Assembly (NCBI GenBank): GCA_035655715.1
Contig: DASRTX010000170.1
Location: forward strand, 1-38,217
Reading direction: 5' to 3'
DNA from: Myxococcales bacterium
GTDB lineage: Bacteria > Myxococcota > Myxococcia > Myxococcales > 40CM-4-68-19
Length of the DNA stretch: 38,217 nt
The position numbers and the translations under genes were made by a program. The notes beneath the pieces are model-generated. The model was given only the letters and a program-made list of their open reading frames with translations. It had not been told where the DNA came from and made no database searches. Positions 10,251 to 19,003 of this stretch are shown here, one piece after another (the stretch's first letter is position 1; each line of letters opens with the position of its first letter).

Positions 10251-11393
10251 ATGGCGGAAAGCGTGCTGGAGGAGTTGCAGCGCTATGTGAACTGGAGCCG
10301 CGCCGACGAGGACGCGCTGCGAACGCTGCTCCCCATCGCCCGGCCCCAGTTCGAACGCATCGCCACGGTGTTCTACGACCGCATCCTCGAGCACGACGAG
10401 GCGCGCAAGGCGCTGGTAGGCGGCGAGAGCTCGGTGGGCCGCCTCAAGATGACGCTGGTCGCCTTCATGGAGCGCCTCTTCTCCGGGCCCTGGGATGCCG
10501 ACTACTACGAGCTGCGCTGTCGCATCGGCCGCGTGCACGTGCGCATCGCGCTGCCCCAGCATTACATGTTCGGCGCCATGAACGTGCTGCGCCGGCAGCT
10601 CAACGCCATCATCGACACCGAGTACGCCAACCGGTCCTCCGAGCTGGCCGTCGCGCGCGCCGCGCTGGGGAAGGCGCTCGACATCGAGCTGGCGATCATG
10701 CTCCACACCTACCGCGAGGACATGCTCGCGCAGCAGTCCCGGGCGGAGCGCCTCTCCACCTTCGGGCAGCTGGTGGGGTCCATCGGACACGAGCTGCGCA
10801 ACCCGCTGGGCGTGATGGAGACGTCGCTCTTCATCCTCAGGCGGCGTATCCAGGACGACGAGCGGGCGAAGAAGCACGTGGAGCGCATCGGCGAGCAGCT
10901 GGGCATCGCCAACAGCATCATCACCGACCTCCTGGACATGATCCGCGACAAGCCGCTCTCGCGCGAGCGGCTGGCGCTGGCGCAGATCGTCGAGACGGCC
11001 GCCGCCGCGGTGAAGCGGCCGCAAATGGTGGAGCTGCACCTCGCCGGGTTGATGGACGTCCCCGAGGTGGACGGCGACGCCGGCCAGCTCCGGCAGGTCT
11101 TCGTCAACCTGATCGACAATGCGGTCCACGCAGCCGGCGAGGCGGGGCACGTCCGGGTGCAGGCCAGCGCCGACGGCCACCACGTCGAGGTGGCGGTGGA
11201 GGACAGTGGCAAGGGCCTGGATCCCGCCATCCGCGCGCGCCTGTTCGAGCCGTTGATGACCACCAAGGCCAAGGGCATCGGCCTCGGCCTCGCGCTGGTG
11301 AAGCGCATCGTCGAGCGGCATGGCGGGACGGTCCGGTACGCGCCGGGCGACAAGGGAGCGCGGTTCGTGGTGCGCTTGCCGAGGGCTGCATGA
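10251..11393 (+). CDS. Globin-coupled histidine kinase (protoglobin-type sensor globin plus HisKA plus HATPase_c)
   Basis: The N-terminal 150 aa match the globin-coupled sensor pattern (FYDRIL..., [16 protein letters not shown]). H-box [11 protein letters not shown] and G boxes NLIDNAVHA and GIGLGLALV. See the finding for residue correspondence with AfGcHK. Confidence 0.85.
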   Translation: MAESVLEELQRYVNWSRADEDALRTLLPIARPQFERIATVFYDRILEHDEARKALVGGESSVGRLKMTLVAFMERLFSGPWDADYYELRCRIGRVHVRIALPQHYMFGAMNVLRRQLNAIIDTEYANRSSELAVARAALGKALDIELAIMLHTYREDMLAQQSRAERLSTFGQLVGSIGHELRNPLGVMETSLFILRRRIQDDERAKKHVERIGEQLGIANSIITDLLDMIRDKPLSRERLALAQIVETAAAAVKRPQMVELHLAGLMDVPEVDGDAGQLRQVFVNLIDNAVHAAGEAGHVRVQASADGHHVEVAVEDSGKGLDPAIRARLFEPLMTTKAKGIGLGLALVKRIVERHGGTVRYAPGDKGARFVVRLPRAA

Positions 11394-12094
11394 AGAGCTT
11401 CCTCCTCGTCGACGACAACCTCGCCTTCGCCGAGAACCTGGCGGAGATCCTCCGCGACGCCGGGCACGAAGTGTTGATCGCCACCAACGGCGAAGCCGCG
11501 TTGCGGGCCGCGGAGAAGGAGCGCTTCGACGCGCTGGTGACGGACATGCGCATGCCGGTGATGGGCGGGGCGAGCCTGGTGCACGAGATCCGGCGGGGCG
11601 ATGCGGACCTGCCGGCCATCGTGGTCACGGCCTACAGCGGCGAGGAGGACCTCGCTGCCGCCCGCAACGAGGGCCTGCTGGCGGTGCTGCCCAAGCCTGT
11701 GCCGGTGGATCGGCTGCTGGAGCTGCTGGAGCTGGCGCGCCGGGACGCGCTGGTGGCGCTGGTGGAGGACGACGCGGCCCTGGCCGACAACCTCTGCGAG
11801 GCGCTGCGCGACCACGGCTTCTCCACCGTGACGGCGCGCTCGATCTCGGATGCGCAGAAGTTCGGCGAGGTGAAGCCCTTCGTGGCCCTGGTCGATCGCC
11901 GGGTACCGGGCGGCCCCGACGGTGAGGCGATGAACTTGCTGGCGCGGCGCTTTCCCCACCTTCCCCAGATCGTCATCACCGCCTTCGCCGACGGCCTGAC
12001 CGAGGACGGCGTCACCGTCTTCACCAAGCCGTTCGACACGGCCACCCTGCTGCAGACGGTGGGCCGCCTTCACCAGGAGCGGGGCGGCGCGTGA
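11390..12094 (+). CDS. Response regulator made of two receiver domains with no output domain
   Basis: 234 aa. The ATG overlaps the kinase stop (ATGA). Receiver 1 has acidic pocket DD(8-9) and D52 (ALVTD). Receiver 2 has D169 (ALVD). Confidence 0.85.
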   Translation: MKSFLLVDDNLAFAENLAEILRDAGHEVLIATNGEAALRAAEKERFDALVTDMRMPVMGGASLVHEIRRGDADLPAIVVTAYSGEEDLAAARNEGLLAVLPKPVPVDRLLELLELARRDALVALVEDDAALADNLCEALRDHGFSTVTARSISDAQKFGEVKPFVALVDRRVPGGPDGEAMNLLARRFPHLPQIVITAFADGLTEDGVTVFTKPFDTATLLQTVGRLHQERGGA

Positions 12095-13179
12095 CCGAGC
12101 ACGACGCGCGCATCCTGGTGGTCGACGACAACGTCGCGCTGGTGGAGAATCTGCGGCAGATCCTCGAGGACGAAGGCTACCAGGTGGCCACCGCTCCCTC
12201 CGCCGCCGAGGCGCTGCGGATTGCCGCACCGTCGTTCGAGGTGGCGCTGGTGGACCTGCGCCTGCCCGACGCGTCGGGCACGCAGCTGGCCGTGCAGCTC
12301 AAGGAGACCTCGCCGGGCGGCGAGATCGTGCTGCTGACCGGCTTCGCCACCCTGGAGACTGCCATCGGCGCGGTGCGCGCCGGCGCCTTCGCCTACCTGG
12401 TCAAGCCCTGCAGCACCGCCGACCTGCTCCTCACCATCGAGCAGGCGCTTCGCCAAGTGAGGCTGCACGCCGAAAAGCGCGAGCTGGCGCGCCGCGCCCA
12501 GGTGGCGGAGAAGCTGGCGGCGGTGGGCACGCTGACCGCGGGCATCTCGCACGAGATCCGCAACCCGCTCAACGCCGCCGGCCTGCAGCTGGCGGTGCTG
12601 GAACGGAGGCTGCGCAAGCTTCCGGAGGAGCTGCAGAAGCCGCTCACCGAGCCGCTGGGGCTCGTACGCGACGAGATCCGCAGGCTCGAACATCTCCTGG
12701 AGGACTTCCTCCAGTTCGCCCGCCCGCGGGAGCTCGATGCGCGTCCGGTGGACGTCCACGGGGTCCTCGAGGCCGTCCTCGGCCTGTTGGCCGGCGACGC
12801 GGAGCGGAGGGGCATGACGCTGGAAGCGAAGATCGACGGCAAGCTTCCCCCCGTCCTCGGCGACCCCGAACGCCTGCGGCAGGTGCTGATGAACCTGACC
12901 CTGAACGCCCTGGAAGCGGCCCCGGCCGGCGGTCGCGTGCGGGTCACCGCCCATGCGCAGGGGCGAGAGGTCTCGTTGTCCGTCGAAGACAGCGGCCCCG
13001 GCATTCCCGCCGAGCTGGCCGAGCGGATCTTCGAGCCCTTCTTCACCACCAAGGCGGCGGGGTCGGGCCTCGGGCTCCCCATCGTGCACGCCATCGTCTC
13101 GCAGCACGGGGGCAACATCGGATACGAGAAGTCGGCCCTGGGAGGCGCGAAGTTCTGGGTGACGCTGCCGCGGGCGTGA
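12091..13179 (+). CDS. Hybrid receiver-histidine kinase (REC plus HisKA plus HATPase_c)
   Basis: The GTG start overlaps the upstream stop (GTGA). REC with D55 (VALVDLRLPD), H-box GISHEIRNPLN, N box LMNLTLNALEA, G box GSGLGLPIV. Confidence 0.85.
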   Translation: MTEHDARILVVDDNVALVENLRQILEDEGYQVATAPSAAEALRIAAPSFEVALVDLRLPDASGTQLAVQLKETSPGGEIVLLTGFATLETAIGAVRAGAFAYLVKPCSTADLLLTIEQALRQVRLHAEKRELARRAQVAEKLAAVGTLTAGISHEIRNPLNAAGLQLAVLERRLRKLPEELQKPLTEPLGLVRDEIRRLEHLLEDFLQFARPRELDARPVDVHGVLEAVLGLLAGDAERRGMTLEAKIDGKLPPVLGDPERLRQVLMNLTLNALEAAPAGGRVRVTAHAQGREVSLSVEDSGPGIPAELAERIFEPFFTTKAAGSGLGLPIVHAIVSQHGGNIGYEKSALGGAKFWVTLPRA

Positions 13180-13195
13180 CACACCCGCCCACGGC

Positions 13196-13246
13196 GGACA
13201 AAATAATTTTCCTTGACATATAAGTTTGTCGGTCCAGACTGCTCCC
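13196..13246 (+). promoter_or_regulatory. AT-rich promoter-like region upstream of the ArsR-like gene
   Basis: GGACAAAATAATTTTCCTTGACATATAAGTTTGTCGG contains a perfect TTGACA (13213..13218) and flanking ACAAA...TTTGT inverted pentamers. I could not place a convincing -10 element. Confidence 0.3.
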
Positions 13247-13810
13247 ATGGGTGACGCTGCCGTTCTGCTTCGGCCCCTCCGGACACGCATCCTCAAGATG
13301 CTCGCCGAGCCGCAATCCGCGGCCGGCATCGCGCGCACGCTCGACGTGGCGCGGCAAAAGGTCGGCTACCACCTGAAGGAGCTCGAGAAGCATGGGCTCG
13401 TCGAGCTCGTCGAGGAGAAGAAGGTCGGCAACTGCGTCGAGCGCATCGTTCGCGCGACCGGGCGTGCCTGGCTGGTGTCGGCCGAAGCGCTCGGATCGCT
13501 CGCGCAAGGCGCGGCGGAAGCGACGGATCGGTTCTCCGCGGCATACGTGATCGCGGTCGCGGCGCGCGCGCTTCGCGAGGTGACGCGCCTGCGCCAGGCG
13601 GCGGACGATGCCGGCAAGCGCCTCGCGACGCTCACGCTCGAGACCGAAATCCGTTTCGCGACGGCGGCCGATCGCGCTGCCTTCGCCGAGGAGCTTGCGC
13701 GCGAGGTCGCGCGCCTCACCGGCAGATACCACGACGAGTCCGCTCCGCGAGGACGCGTGCATCGCATCGTTTCTTTCGCGTACCCGAAGCCTGCAGACAC
13801 CGATCGATAA
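13247..13810 (+). CDS. ArsR-family winged-helix transcriptional regulator
   Basis: HTH region RILKMLAEPQSAAGIARTLDVARQKVGYHLKELEKHGLV. ATG at 13247 (alternative TTG at 13226). GC3 is visibly lower than in flanking genes. Confidence 0.75.
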   Translation: MGDAAVLLRPLRTRILKMLAEPQSAAGIARTLDVARQKVGYHLKELEKHGLVELVEEKKVGNCVERIVRATGRAWLVSAEALGSLAQGAAEATDRFSAAYVIAVAARALREVTRLRQAADDAGKRLATLTLETEIRFATAADRAAFAEELAREVARLTGRYHDESAPRGRVHRIVSFAYPKPADTDR

Positions 13811-13820
13811 GGACACCACC

Positions 13821-14606
13821 ATGAACGAGAAGAACACGCGCGACATCCAGCTCTCCGTCGAGCTCGACGCCTCTCCCGAAGAGGTCTTCCGTGCCGTCAC
13901 CGTCGGGACCGAAATCGCGAAATGGCTCGCGCCCGAAGCGCGCGTCACCGCGCCGGAAGGCGGGAAAAAAGGCAGCATCTGGATCTCGTGGGGCGAAGGC
14001 ATGAGCGCCGAACACGAGATCGAAATCTTCGACGCGCCGAAGCGGATGCGTCATCCGTCCGGCCAGAACGGCGAAACCAAGGCGCCGCTCTACGCCGATT
14101 GGTCGATCGAAGCGCGCGAAGGCGGCAAGACCACGCTCCGCCTCGTTCATTCCGGTTTCAGCGCCAGCGCCGACTGGGACGACGAGTACGAGGCGCACGC
14201 GCGCGGCTGGAGGGTGATGCTCCAGAACCTCCGCCATTACTTCGCGCGGCACGCGCACGAGCCGGCCGTCCACCTCCCTTTGATGTCGAATGTCGAGTCC
14301 CCGCGCGGGCCGATCTGGAAGGAGCTTCTCGGCAAGCTCGGCTTTTCGGCCACACCACTGAAAAGCGACCCATTCCGCTTCACGACGCCGGCAGGCGACG
14401 TCCTCACGGGCGTGGTCGATCTCGTAACCGAGACGCGCGCCCTCGCGCTCGTCGTGCGCGAGTACGACGATGCGCTGCTCGGCTTCACCCTGGAAGGCAA
14501 AGCGGATGCGCCATCCACTTTCGTGTATGGCTATGTGATCGCGTACGGCGCTGCACGCGAGCGCGCGAGCGGGCTCGTCGCGGCCGCCAGCAGCGCAATC
14601 TCCTAG
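13821..14606 (+). CDS. SRPBCC/AHSA1-like (Aha1 domain) protein with a C-terminal extension
   Basis: DASPEEVFRAVT...IAKWL and LRLVHSGF are typical of the AHSA1/SRPBCC fold. This is the usual gene partner of ArsR regulators. The ATG is 10 nt after the arsR-like stop. Confidence 0.65.
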   Translation: MNEKNTRDIQLSVELDASPEEVFRAVTVGTEIAKWLAPEARVTAPEGGKKGSIWISWGEGMSAEHEIEIFDAPKRMRHPSGQNGETKAPLYADWSIEAREGGKTTLRLVHSGFSASADWDDEYEAHARGWRVMLQNLRHYFARHAHEPAVHLPLMSNVESPRGPIWKELLGKLGFSATPLKSDPFRFTTPAGDVLTGVVDLVTETRALALVVREYDDALLGFTLEGKADAPSTFVYGYVIAYGAARERASGLVAAASSAIS

Positions 14607-14636
14607 GCTCTTCGGCGCGAAGGCCGTTCAGGAGAA

Positions 14637-16028
14637 TCACGCGTCGGGTTCGTGGTTCCCCGCGCCGGCCGGGACCTCGCCCGAGTATTCCTTGAGCCGG
14701 TACTGGATCTTGCGGATCGAGATGCCGAGCATCTCGGCGGCCTTGGCGCTGGATCCTCCCACCAACTCCATCGTCCGGAGAATCGCCTCCCGCTCGATCT
14801 CCGCCATCGTCGCGCCCGGGATCAGGCTAGCCGCGTCGCGCCCGGCGGGCCGCGGCCCCTGCAGCGTGGGCGGCAGGTCGTCGGCGGTCAGCTCGCGCGA
14901 CTTGCAGAGCACCACCGCCCGCTCGACGGCGTTCTCCAACTCGCGCACGTTGCCGGGCCAGTCGTAGCCGAGCAGCGCGTTGAGCGTGCCGGGCGCCAGG
15001 CCCTTCACCTGCTTGCCGTAGCTGGAGGCGTACTTCTCCACGAAGTGGCTGACCAGCGCGGGGATGTCGCCCTTGCGCCGGCGCAGCGGGGGCAGCGTCA
15101 CCGCCACCACGTTGAGGCGATAGAAGAGATCCTCGCGGAAGCGGCCCGCCTTCACCTCCGCGGCCAGATCGCGGTTGGTGGCCGCCACCAGGCGCACGTT
15201 TACTGTAAGGCTCTGCGTGCCGCCCACCCGCTCGAACTCGCGGGTCTGCAGCACGCGCAGGAGCTTCACCTGGGTGGAAAGGCTGATCTCGCCGATCTCG
15301 TCGAGGAAGAGCGTGCCGCCGTCGGCCAGCTCGAAACGGCCTTCCCTGCGGCCCGCCGCGCCGGTGAAGGAGCCCTTCTCGTGGCCGAACAGCTCTGACT
15401 CGAGCAGCGTCTCGGAGAGGGCCGCGCAGCTCACCTTGACGAAGGGCTTGTCGCTGCGGTCGCTCTCCTCGTGCACGGCCTGCGCGATCAGCTCCTTGCC
15501 GGTGCCGGACTCTCCCAGGACGAGCATGGTGGCGCGCGTGGGTGCCGCCTGCTTCACCACCTGGTAGACGGCCTGCAGCTCGGGCGCCTCGCCCACCATG
15601 CCGGTGAGCTTGTACCGGTCGCGCACGCGCTCGCGCAGCGCCTGCGACTCGCGCAGAAGCCTGCGCTTCTCCACGGCCTTCTGGAGGAAGACCAGGACCG
15701 AGTTCACGTCCAGGGGCTTGACCAGGTAGTTCTCGGCGCCCGCCCGCATCGCCTCCACCGCCGCTTCGACGGTGGCAAAAGCGGTCATCATGATGAAGAC
15801 GGCGTCGCTGCCCCGCTCCTTCGCCTTGCGCAGGAGCGCGAGGCCGTCCATGCGCGGCATCCGTACGTCCGCCAGCACCACCGCCGGCGCGAACTCCTCC
15901 ATCCGCGAGAGCGCGACCTCGCCGTCCTCCGCCTCGGCGATCTCGTACCCCTCCTCGCCCAGGATGAGGCGCAGCGCGGAGCGGGCGTTGGGCTCGTCGT
16001 CGACGACGAGGACGCGTTCCTTGGCCAT
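14637..16028 (-). CDS. Sigma-54-dependent response regulator (NtrC family: REC, AAA+, Fis-type HTH), copy 1
   Basis: REC D54 (ADVRMP). Walker A GESGTGKE. GSFTGA loop variant, ESELFGHEKG, WPGNVRELEN. C-terminal HTH AAEMLGISIRKIQYRLKE. Confidence 0.92.
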   Translation of the reverse strand: MAKERVLVVDDEPNARSALRLILGEEGYEIAEAEDGEVALSRMEEFAPAVVLADVRMPRMDGLALLRKAKERGSDAVFIMMTAFATVEAAVEAMRAGAENYLVKPLDVNSVLVFLQKAVEKRRLLRESQALRERVRDRYKLTGMVGEAPELQAVYQVVKQAAPTRATMLVLGESGTGKELIAQAVHEESDRSDKPFVKVSCAALSETLLESELFGHEKGSFTGAAGRREGRFELADGGTLFLDEIGEISLSTQVKLLRVLQTREFERVGGTQSLTVNVRLVAATNRDLAAEVKAGRFREDLFYRLNVVAVTLPPLRRRKGDIPALVSHFVEKYASSYGKQVKGLAPGTLNALLGYDWPGNVRELENAVERAVVLCKSRELTADDLPPTLQGPRPAGRDAASLIPGATMAEIEREAILRTMELVGGSSAKAAEMLGISIRKIQYRLKEYSGEVPAGAGNHEPDA

Positions 16029-16087
16029 ATCGCGCCGACTCTACCCTGCTCGCGACGGCAGCGCGCGATTCCTCGCGAGAGAGCCGC

Positions 16088-16534
16088 TCATGCGTCGCTC
16101 GCGTCGAGCTGGAGGACGTCGTCGCGCAGCACGCGCGCGCCCAGGAGATCCCGATCCTCCGCGTCCATGTCGGCGAGGATGTCGTCGAGGAGTCCGAGCA
16201 CCCGACGCGCCAGCAGCGACGGGGAAAGGACGCCCCGATCCGACCGCAGCACCGCCAGGACGGCGCGCTGGTGCGCATGCTCGGCGCGCATCAGATCCAG
16301 TCGCACCGGCCCCCAGGCGTCGATCTTCTCCAAGACAGGTCCCAGAAGCGCCTCCTCGGTGGCGAGGTGCTTCTCCATCTGCTCGTGGAGGTCGCCCACG
16401 AGGTTGCGCAGCGCACCGGGAGGTCCGCCCTCCGCTTCGAGCGTATCGCCTGCCGTGTCGCGAACGCGGGCGATGAGCGCGCGGAGCCCGCGGTGCTGCG
16501 TCTCGAGGATCTGCCGGCGCTCTTCGTGATTCAT
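16088..16534 (-). CDS. Hemerythrin-like (HHE cation-binding) domain protein
   Basis: 148 aa starting from the ATG at 16534 with GGGAGG upstream. Helical His/Glu pattern HR..., HEQMEKHLATEE, EHAHQR. The assignment is from pattern only. Confidence 0.55.
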   Translation of the reverse strand: MNHEERRQILETQHRGLRALIARVRDTAGDTLEAEGGPPGALRNLVGDLHEQMEKHLATEEALLGPVLEKIDAWGPVRLDLMRAEHAHQRAVLAVLRSDRGVLSPSLLARRVLGLLDDILADMDAEDRDLLGARVLRDDVLQLDASDA

Positions 16535-16559
16535 CTGTGCCTCCCTCGCAGGGGGTAGG

Positions 16560-16575
16560 TGCAAGGCGCGCGCCG
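16560..16575 (-). promoter_or_regulatory. Candidate sigma-54 promoter for the hemerythrin-like / EBP1 operon
   Basis: Minus strand reads CGGCGC-GCGCC-TTGCA with correct spacing. It lies about 27 nt upstream of the ATG at 16534. Confidence 0.35.
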
Positions 16576-16603
16576 CTGCAGTGCTCGCCGCTCACCCCGG
16601 GGC

Positions 16604-16619
16604 AGGCGCAGGAATTGCG
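16604..16619 (+). promoter_or_regulatory. Candidate sigma-54 promoter A for the OFOR operon (overlaps palindrome copy 16606..16620)
   Basis: AGGCGC-AGGAA-TTGCG with correct GG/GC spacing. Confidence 0.35.
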
Positions 16620-16620
16620 C
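16606..16620. promoter_or_regulatory. Palindromic motif copy GCGCAGGAATTGCGC
   Basis: In the divergent hemerythrin/OFOR intergenic region. Matches the other two copies at 13 of 15 positions. Confidence 0.5.
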
Positions 16621-16684
16621 CCGGCAGTCATCTCCCTGCTCGAAATTGCGCGCCGGCGAGAGCGCGCCGCGTCCTCGATGCGCA

Positions 16685-16700
16685 TGGCATGCGCCGTGCT
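16685..16700 (+). promoter_or_regulatory. Candidate sigma-54 promoter B for the OFOR operon
   Basis: TGGCAT-GCGCC-GTGCT. It lies only about 14 nt before the ATG at 16714, which would imply a near-leaderless mRNA. Confidence 0.35.
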
Positions 16701-16713
16701 CCGTGCGCATTCC

Positions 16714-17685
16714 ATGACCTCACGCGCGCAGGCATTGAAGGAGCGGCTGGCCCGCGGAGACTCCATCGACCTGCGCGGGTACGGCAAGGCCGGCGGCGGA
16801 CTCATGCTCGCGGTCCAGGCGTTCGCCGCGGCGCTGGCCAAGGTGCCGGAGCTGGACGTACAGGACTGGCCCCTGTTCTCCAGCGCCCGCAAGGGCGCCA
16901 CGGTCTGCGCGTACCTCCGCGTCGCGCGAGGCAAGGTGGAGCAGTCGAGCGCCGTCTCCGAGCCCGACGTGGCGGTGCTGATGAACGAAGCCGCCGCAGA
17001 AGACGCGGACTTCGCCGAGGGCACCAAGGACGCGCTCTACGTGGTGAACACGTGGCATTCGCCGGAGATGGCCGCGGGGCGTTACCGGCTGGGCGGCACG
17101 GTGGTGACCATCGCCGGCGACGACCTGGGCCGCAAGTACCTGAACCGCCCGCTGGCCAACGTCGCGGTGCTGGCTGCGCTGGTGCGCACCACCGGGCTGG
17201 TGGAGCCGGTGGCAGCGCGCGCCTCGCTGGAGTCGCGCCTGGTCAAACGGCGGCTGCCGCGTCGCATCGTCGACGCCAACCTGGCCATGTTCGACACCTC
17301 GCTGGAACAGATGCGCGTCGGCCAGTTTCCCCCCGCCGGGCACCCGCGCAAGCCGTTCACCGGCTACGGCAGGCTGCCTGCGGGCGCGCAGAGCGCGCTG
17401 CGCACCTCGGTGCACAACCGCACCTCGGGATATGGCCGCCCCGGCGTGAAGGTGGAGTTCGCCGATCCGCTCTCGAAGTGCAACGGGTGCTCGCTCTGCG
17501 TGGTGCAGTGCCCCGAGGGCATCATCCAGTTCGACGCCGATCCCGCCCGGGGAACGCTGGTGCACGGCGCGCGATTCGCCGACTTCTGCAAGGTCTGCCG
17601 CGAGTGCGTGACGGCCTGCCCGCTCGATCTCTTCAAGGAGCTCGTCGCATCGACCCGGCCCGAGGGTCATCCGGTGGAGGCGTAG
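16714..17685 (+). CDS. 2-oxoacid:ferredoxin oxidoreductase gamma subunit fused to a delta-type 2x[4Fe-4S] ferredoxin domain
   Basis: PorG-like N-terminus (RGYGKAGGGLMLA...PDVAVLMN...VVN). C-terminal CNGCSLCVVQCP and CKVCRECVTACP motifs. The start is uncertain: ATG at 16714 has no obvious SD, and alternatives are 16678 and 16537. Confidence 0.75.
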   Translation: MTSRAQALKERLARGDSIDLRGYGKAGGGLMLAVQAFAAALAKVPELDVQDWPLFSSARKGATVCAYLRVARGKVEQSSAVSEPDVAVLMNEAAAEDADFAEGTKDALYVVNTWHSPEMAAGRYRLGGTVVTIAGDDLGRKYLNRPLANVAVLAALVRTTGLVEPVAARASLESRLVKRRLPRRIVDANLAMFDTSLEQMRVGQFPPAGHPRKPFTGYGRLPAGAQSALRTSVHNRTSGYGRPGVKVEFADPLSKCNGCSLCVVQCPEGIIQFDADPARGTLVHGARFADFCKVCRECVTACPLDLFKELVASTRPEGHPVEA

Positions 17686-19002
17686 ATGCAGATCGTGGGG
17701 ACGTACGGCGCCAGGTACGAGAACGCCATCGATCTCTCCGCGCTGCGCGGCGCGCACCAGCCGCAGTACGCCGCGCGGACCGAGATCGCGGTCGACGGGA
17801 ACACGGCGGCCGCCATTCCCTTCTTGCAGTGGTGGCGCGCCCCGATCATGGCCGGCTTCCCCATCACGCCCTCCACCAAGTGGCTGGAGCACCTGGCGGC
17901 CGTGGTGGGAGCGGGCAAGTGCGGCAAGGCCAAGCGCGTCAAGCTGCTCGAGGCGGAACACGCCGCTGCCGACTACCTGGTGGGAATGGCCGGGTCGTGC
18001 CGCGAGCTGATCGCCGGCACCGCCACCAGCTCGGTGGGCCTGGACCACATGACCGAGACGGTCCGTTCGCTGGGCGCCTCGGGCCTGGGCAACGTGATGA
18101 TCGTCAACGTCTGCCGCGCCACCGCCAACTACCCGCTCTGCATCGAGGGAGATCCGAGCGATCACTTCGCCCACCGCGACGACGGCTTCATCCAGGTGAT
18201 GTGCCGCGGCAAGCAGCAGATCTACGACACCATCTTGCAGCTCCCCGCGGTGGGGATGAACCCGCGCGTGCTCACGCCCACCATGCCGGGCTTCTTCGGC
18301 ATCAAGGACAGCCACCGCAGCGGCAAGCTGGTGGTCGAGCCTGACGAGGCGGTGAACTCGTTCCTGGACGAGGCGCTGGCCTCCACCGAGCCCACGCCGC
18401 CCGGACTCCTCGACGGCGACACCAGCATGGGCAGCTGCGTGACCAGCGCGTACTTCCAGGGCTTCAAGGTGGGGCAGAAGGCGCGCCTGCAGGCGGCGTT
18501 GGACGTCATCCCCAGGGTGGCCGGGCTGTTCGAAAAGCGGTTCGGCAGGCGCGGGATCGAGCTCTTCGAGCAGTTCGCCATGGAGGACGCCGAGGTGGCG
18601 CTGGTCTGCCTGGGCCCCGACGCGGGCACCGCGGTGCAGCAGCTTCCCCGGATGCGCGACGAGCTGAAGGCGCGGGTCGGCTTGATCGTGCTCCGCGTGC
18701 TCACACCGTTTCCCTCGGTGGCGCTGGCGCGCGCGCTGCGCAAAGTGAACGCCGTCGGCGTGGTCCAGCACGCCTATCACCATGGGCGCGGACACATCGC
18801 GCTGGATCTCGCCGACGCGCTGGCCGAGTCGGGTCGGCTTCTGCCCACCGAGTCCTTCTTCTGCGGCCTGGGCGGTGCGGACGTCTCGCCCTCCACCTGG
18901 CGCGAGATGGCTCGCCTGACCGTGAGCTGCGCCATGCGGGGCAAGCCGTCGCGAAGGTGGCACCTCTTGCACGAGGGCCACGAGCTCTCGGAGGAGAACT
19001 GA
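17686..19002 (+). CDS. 2-oxoacid:ferredoxin oxidoreductase alpha subunit
   Basis: VDGNTAAA...GFPITPSTKWLEHL corresponds to the PorA/KorA N-terminal GNEA...YPITPS block. The ATG directly abuts the upstream TAG. Confidence 0.85.
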   Translation: MQIVGTYGARYENAIDLSALRGAHQPQYAARTEIAVDGNTAAAIPFLQWWRAPIMAGFPITPSTKWLEHLAAVVGAGKCGKAKRVKLLEAEHAAADYLVGMAGSCRELIAGTATSSVGLDHMTETVRSLGASGLGNVMIVNVCRATANYPLCIEGDPSDHFAHRDDGFIQVMCRGKQQIYDTILQLPAVGMNPRVLTPTMPGFFGIKDSHRSGKLVVEPDEAVNSFLDEALASTEPTPPGLLDGDTSMGSCVTSAYFQGFKVGQKARLQAALDVIPRVAGLFEKRFGRRGIELFEQFAMEDAEVALVCLGPDAGTAVQQLPRMRDELKARVGLIVLRVLTPFPSVALARALRKVNAVGVVQHAYHHGRGHIALDLADALAESGRLLPTESFFCGLGGADVSPSTWREMARLTVSCAMRGKPSRRWHLLHEGHELSEEN

Positions 19003-19003
19003 G

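Noticed and set aside
13185-13210. A CCGCC-cac-GGCGG hairpin followed by an A/T-rich stretch, considered as a terminator of the kinase operon.
   Set aside because: The stem is only 5 bp and no U-run immediately follows it. This is too weak to call.
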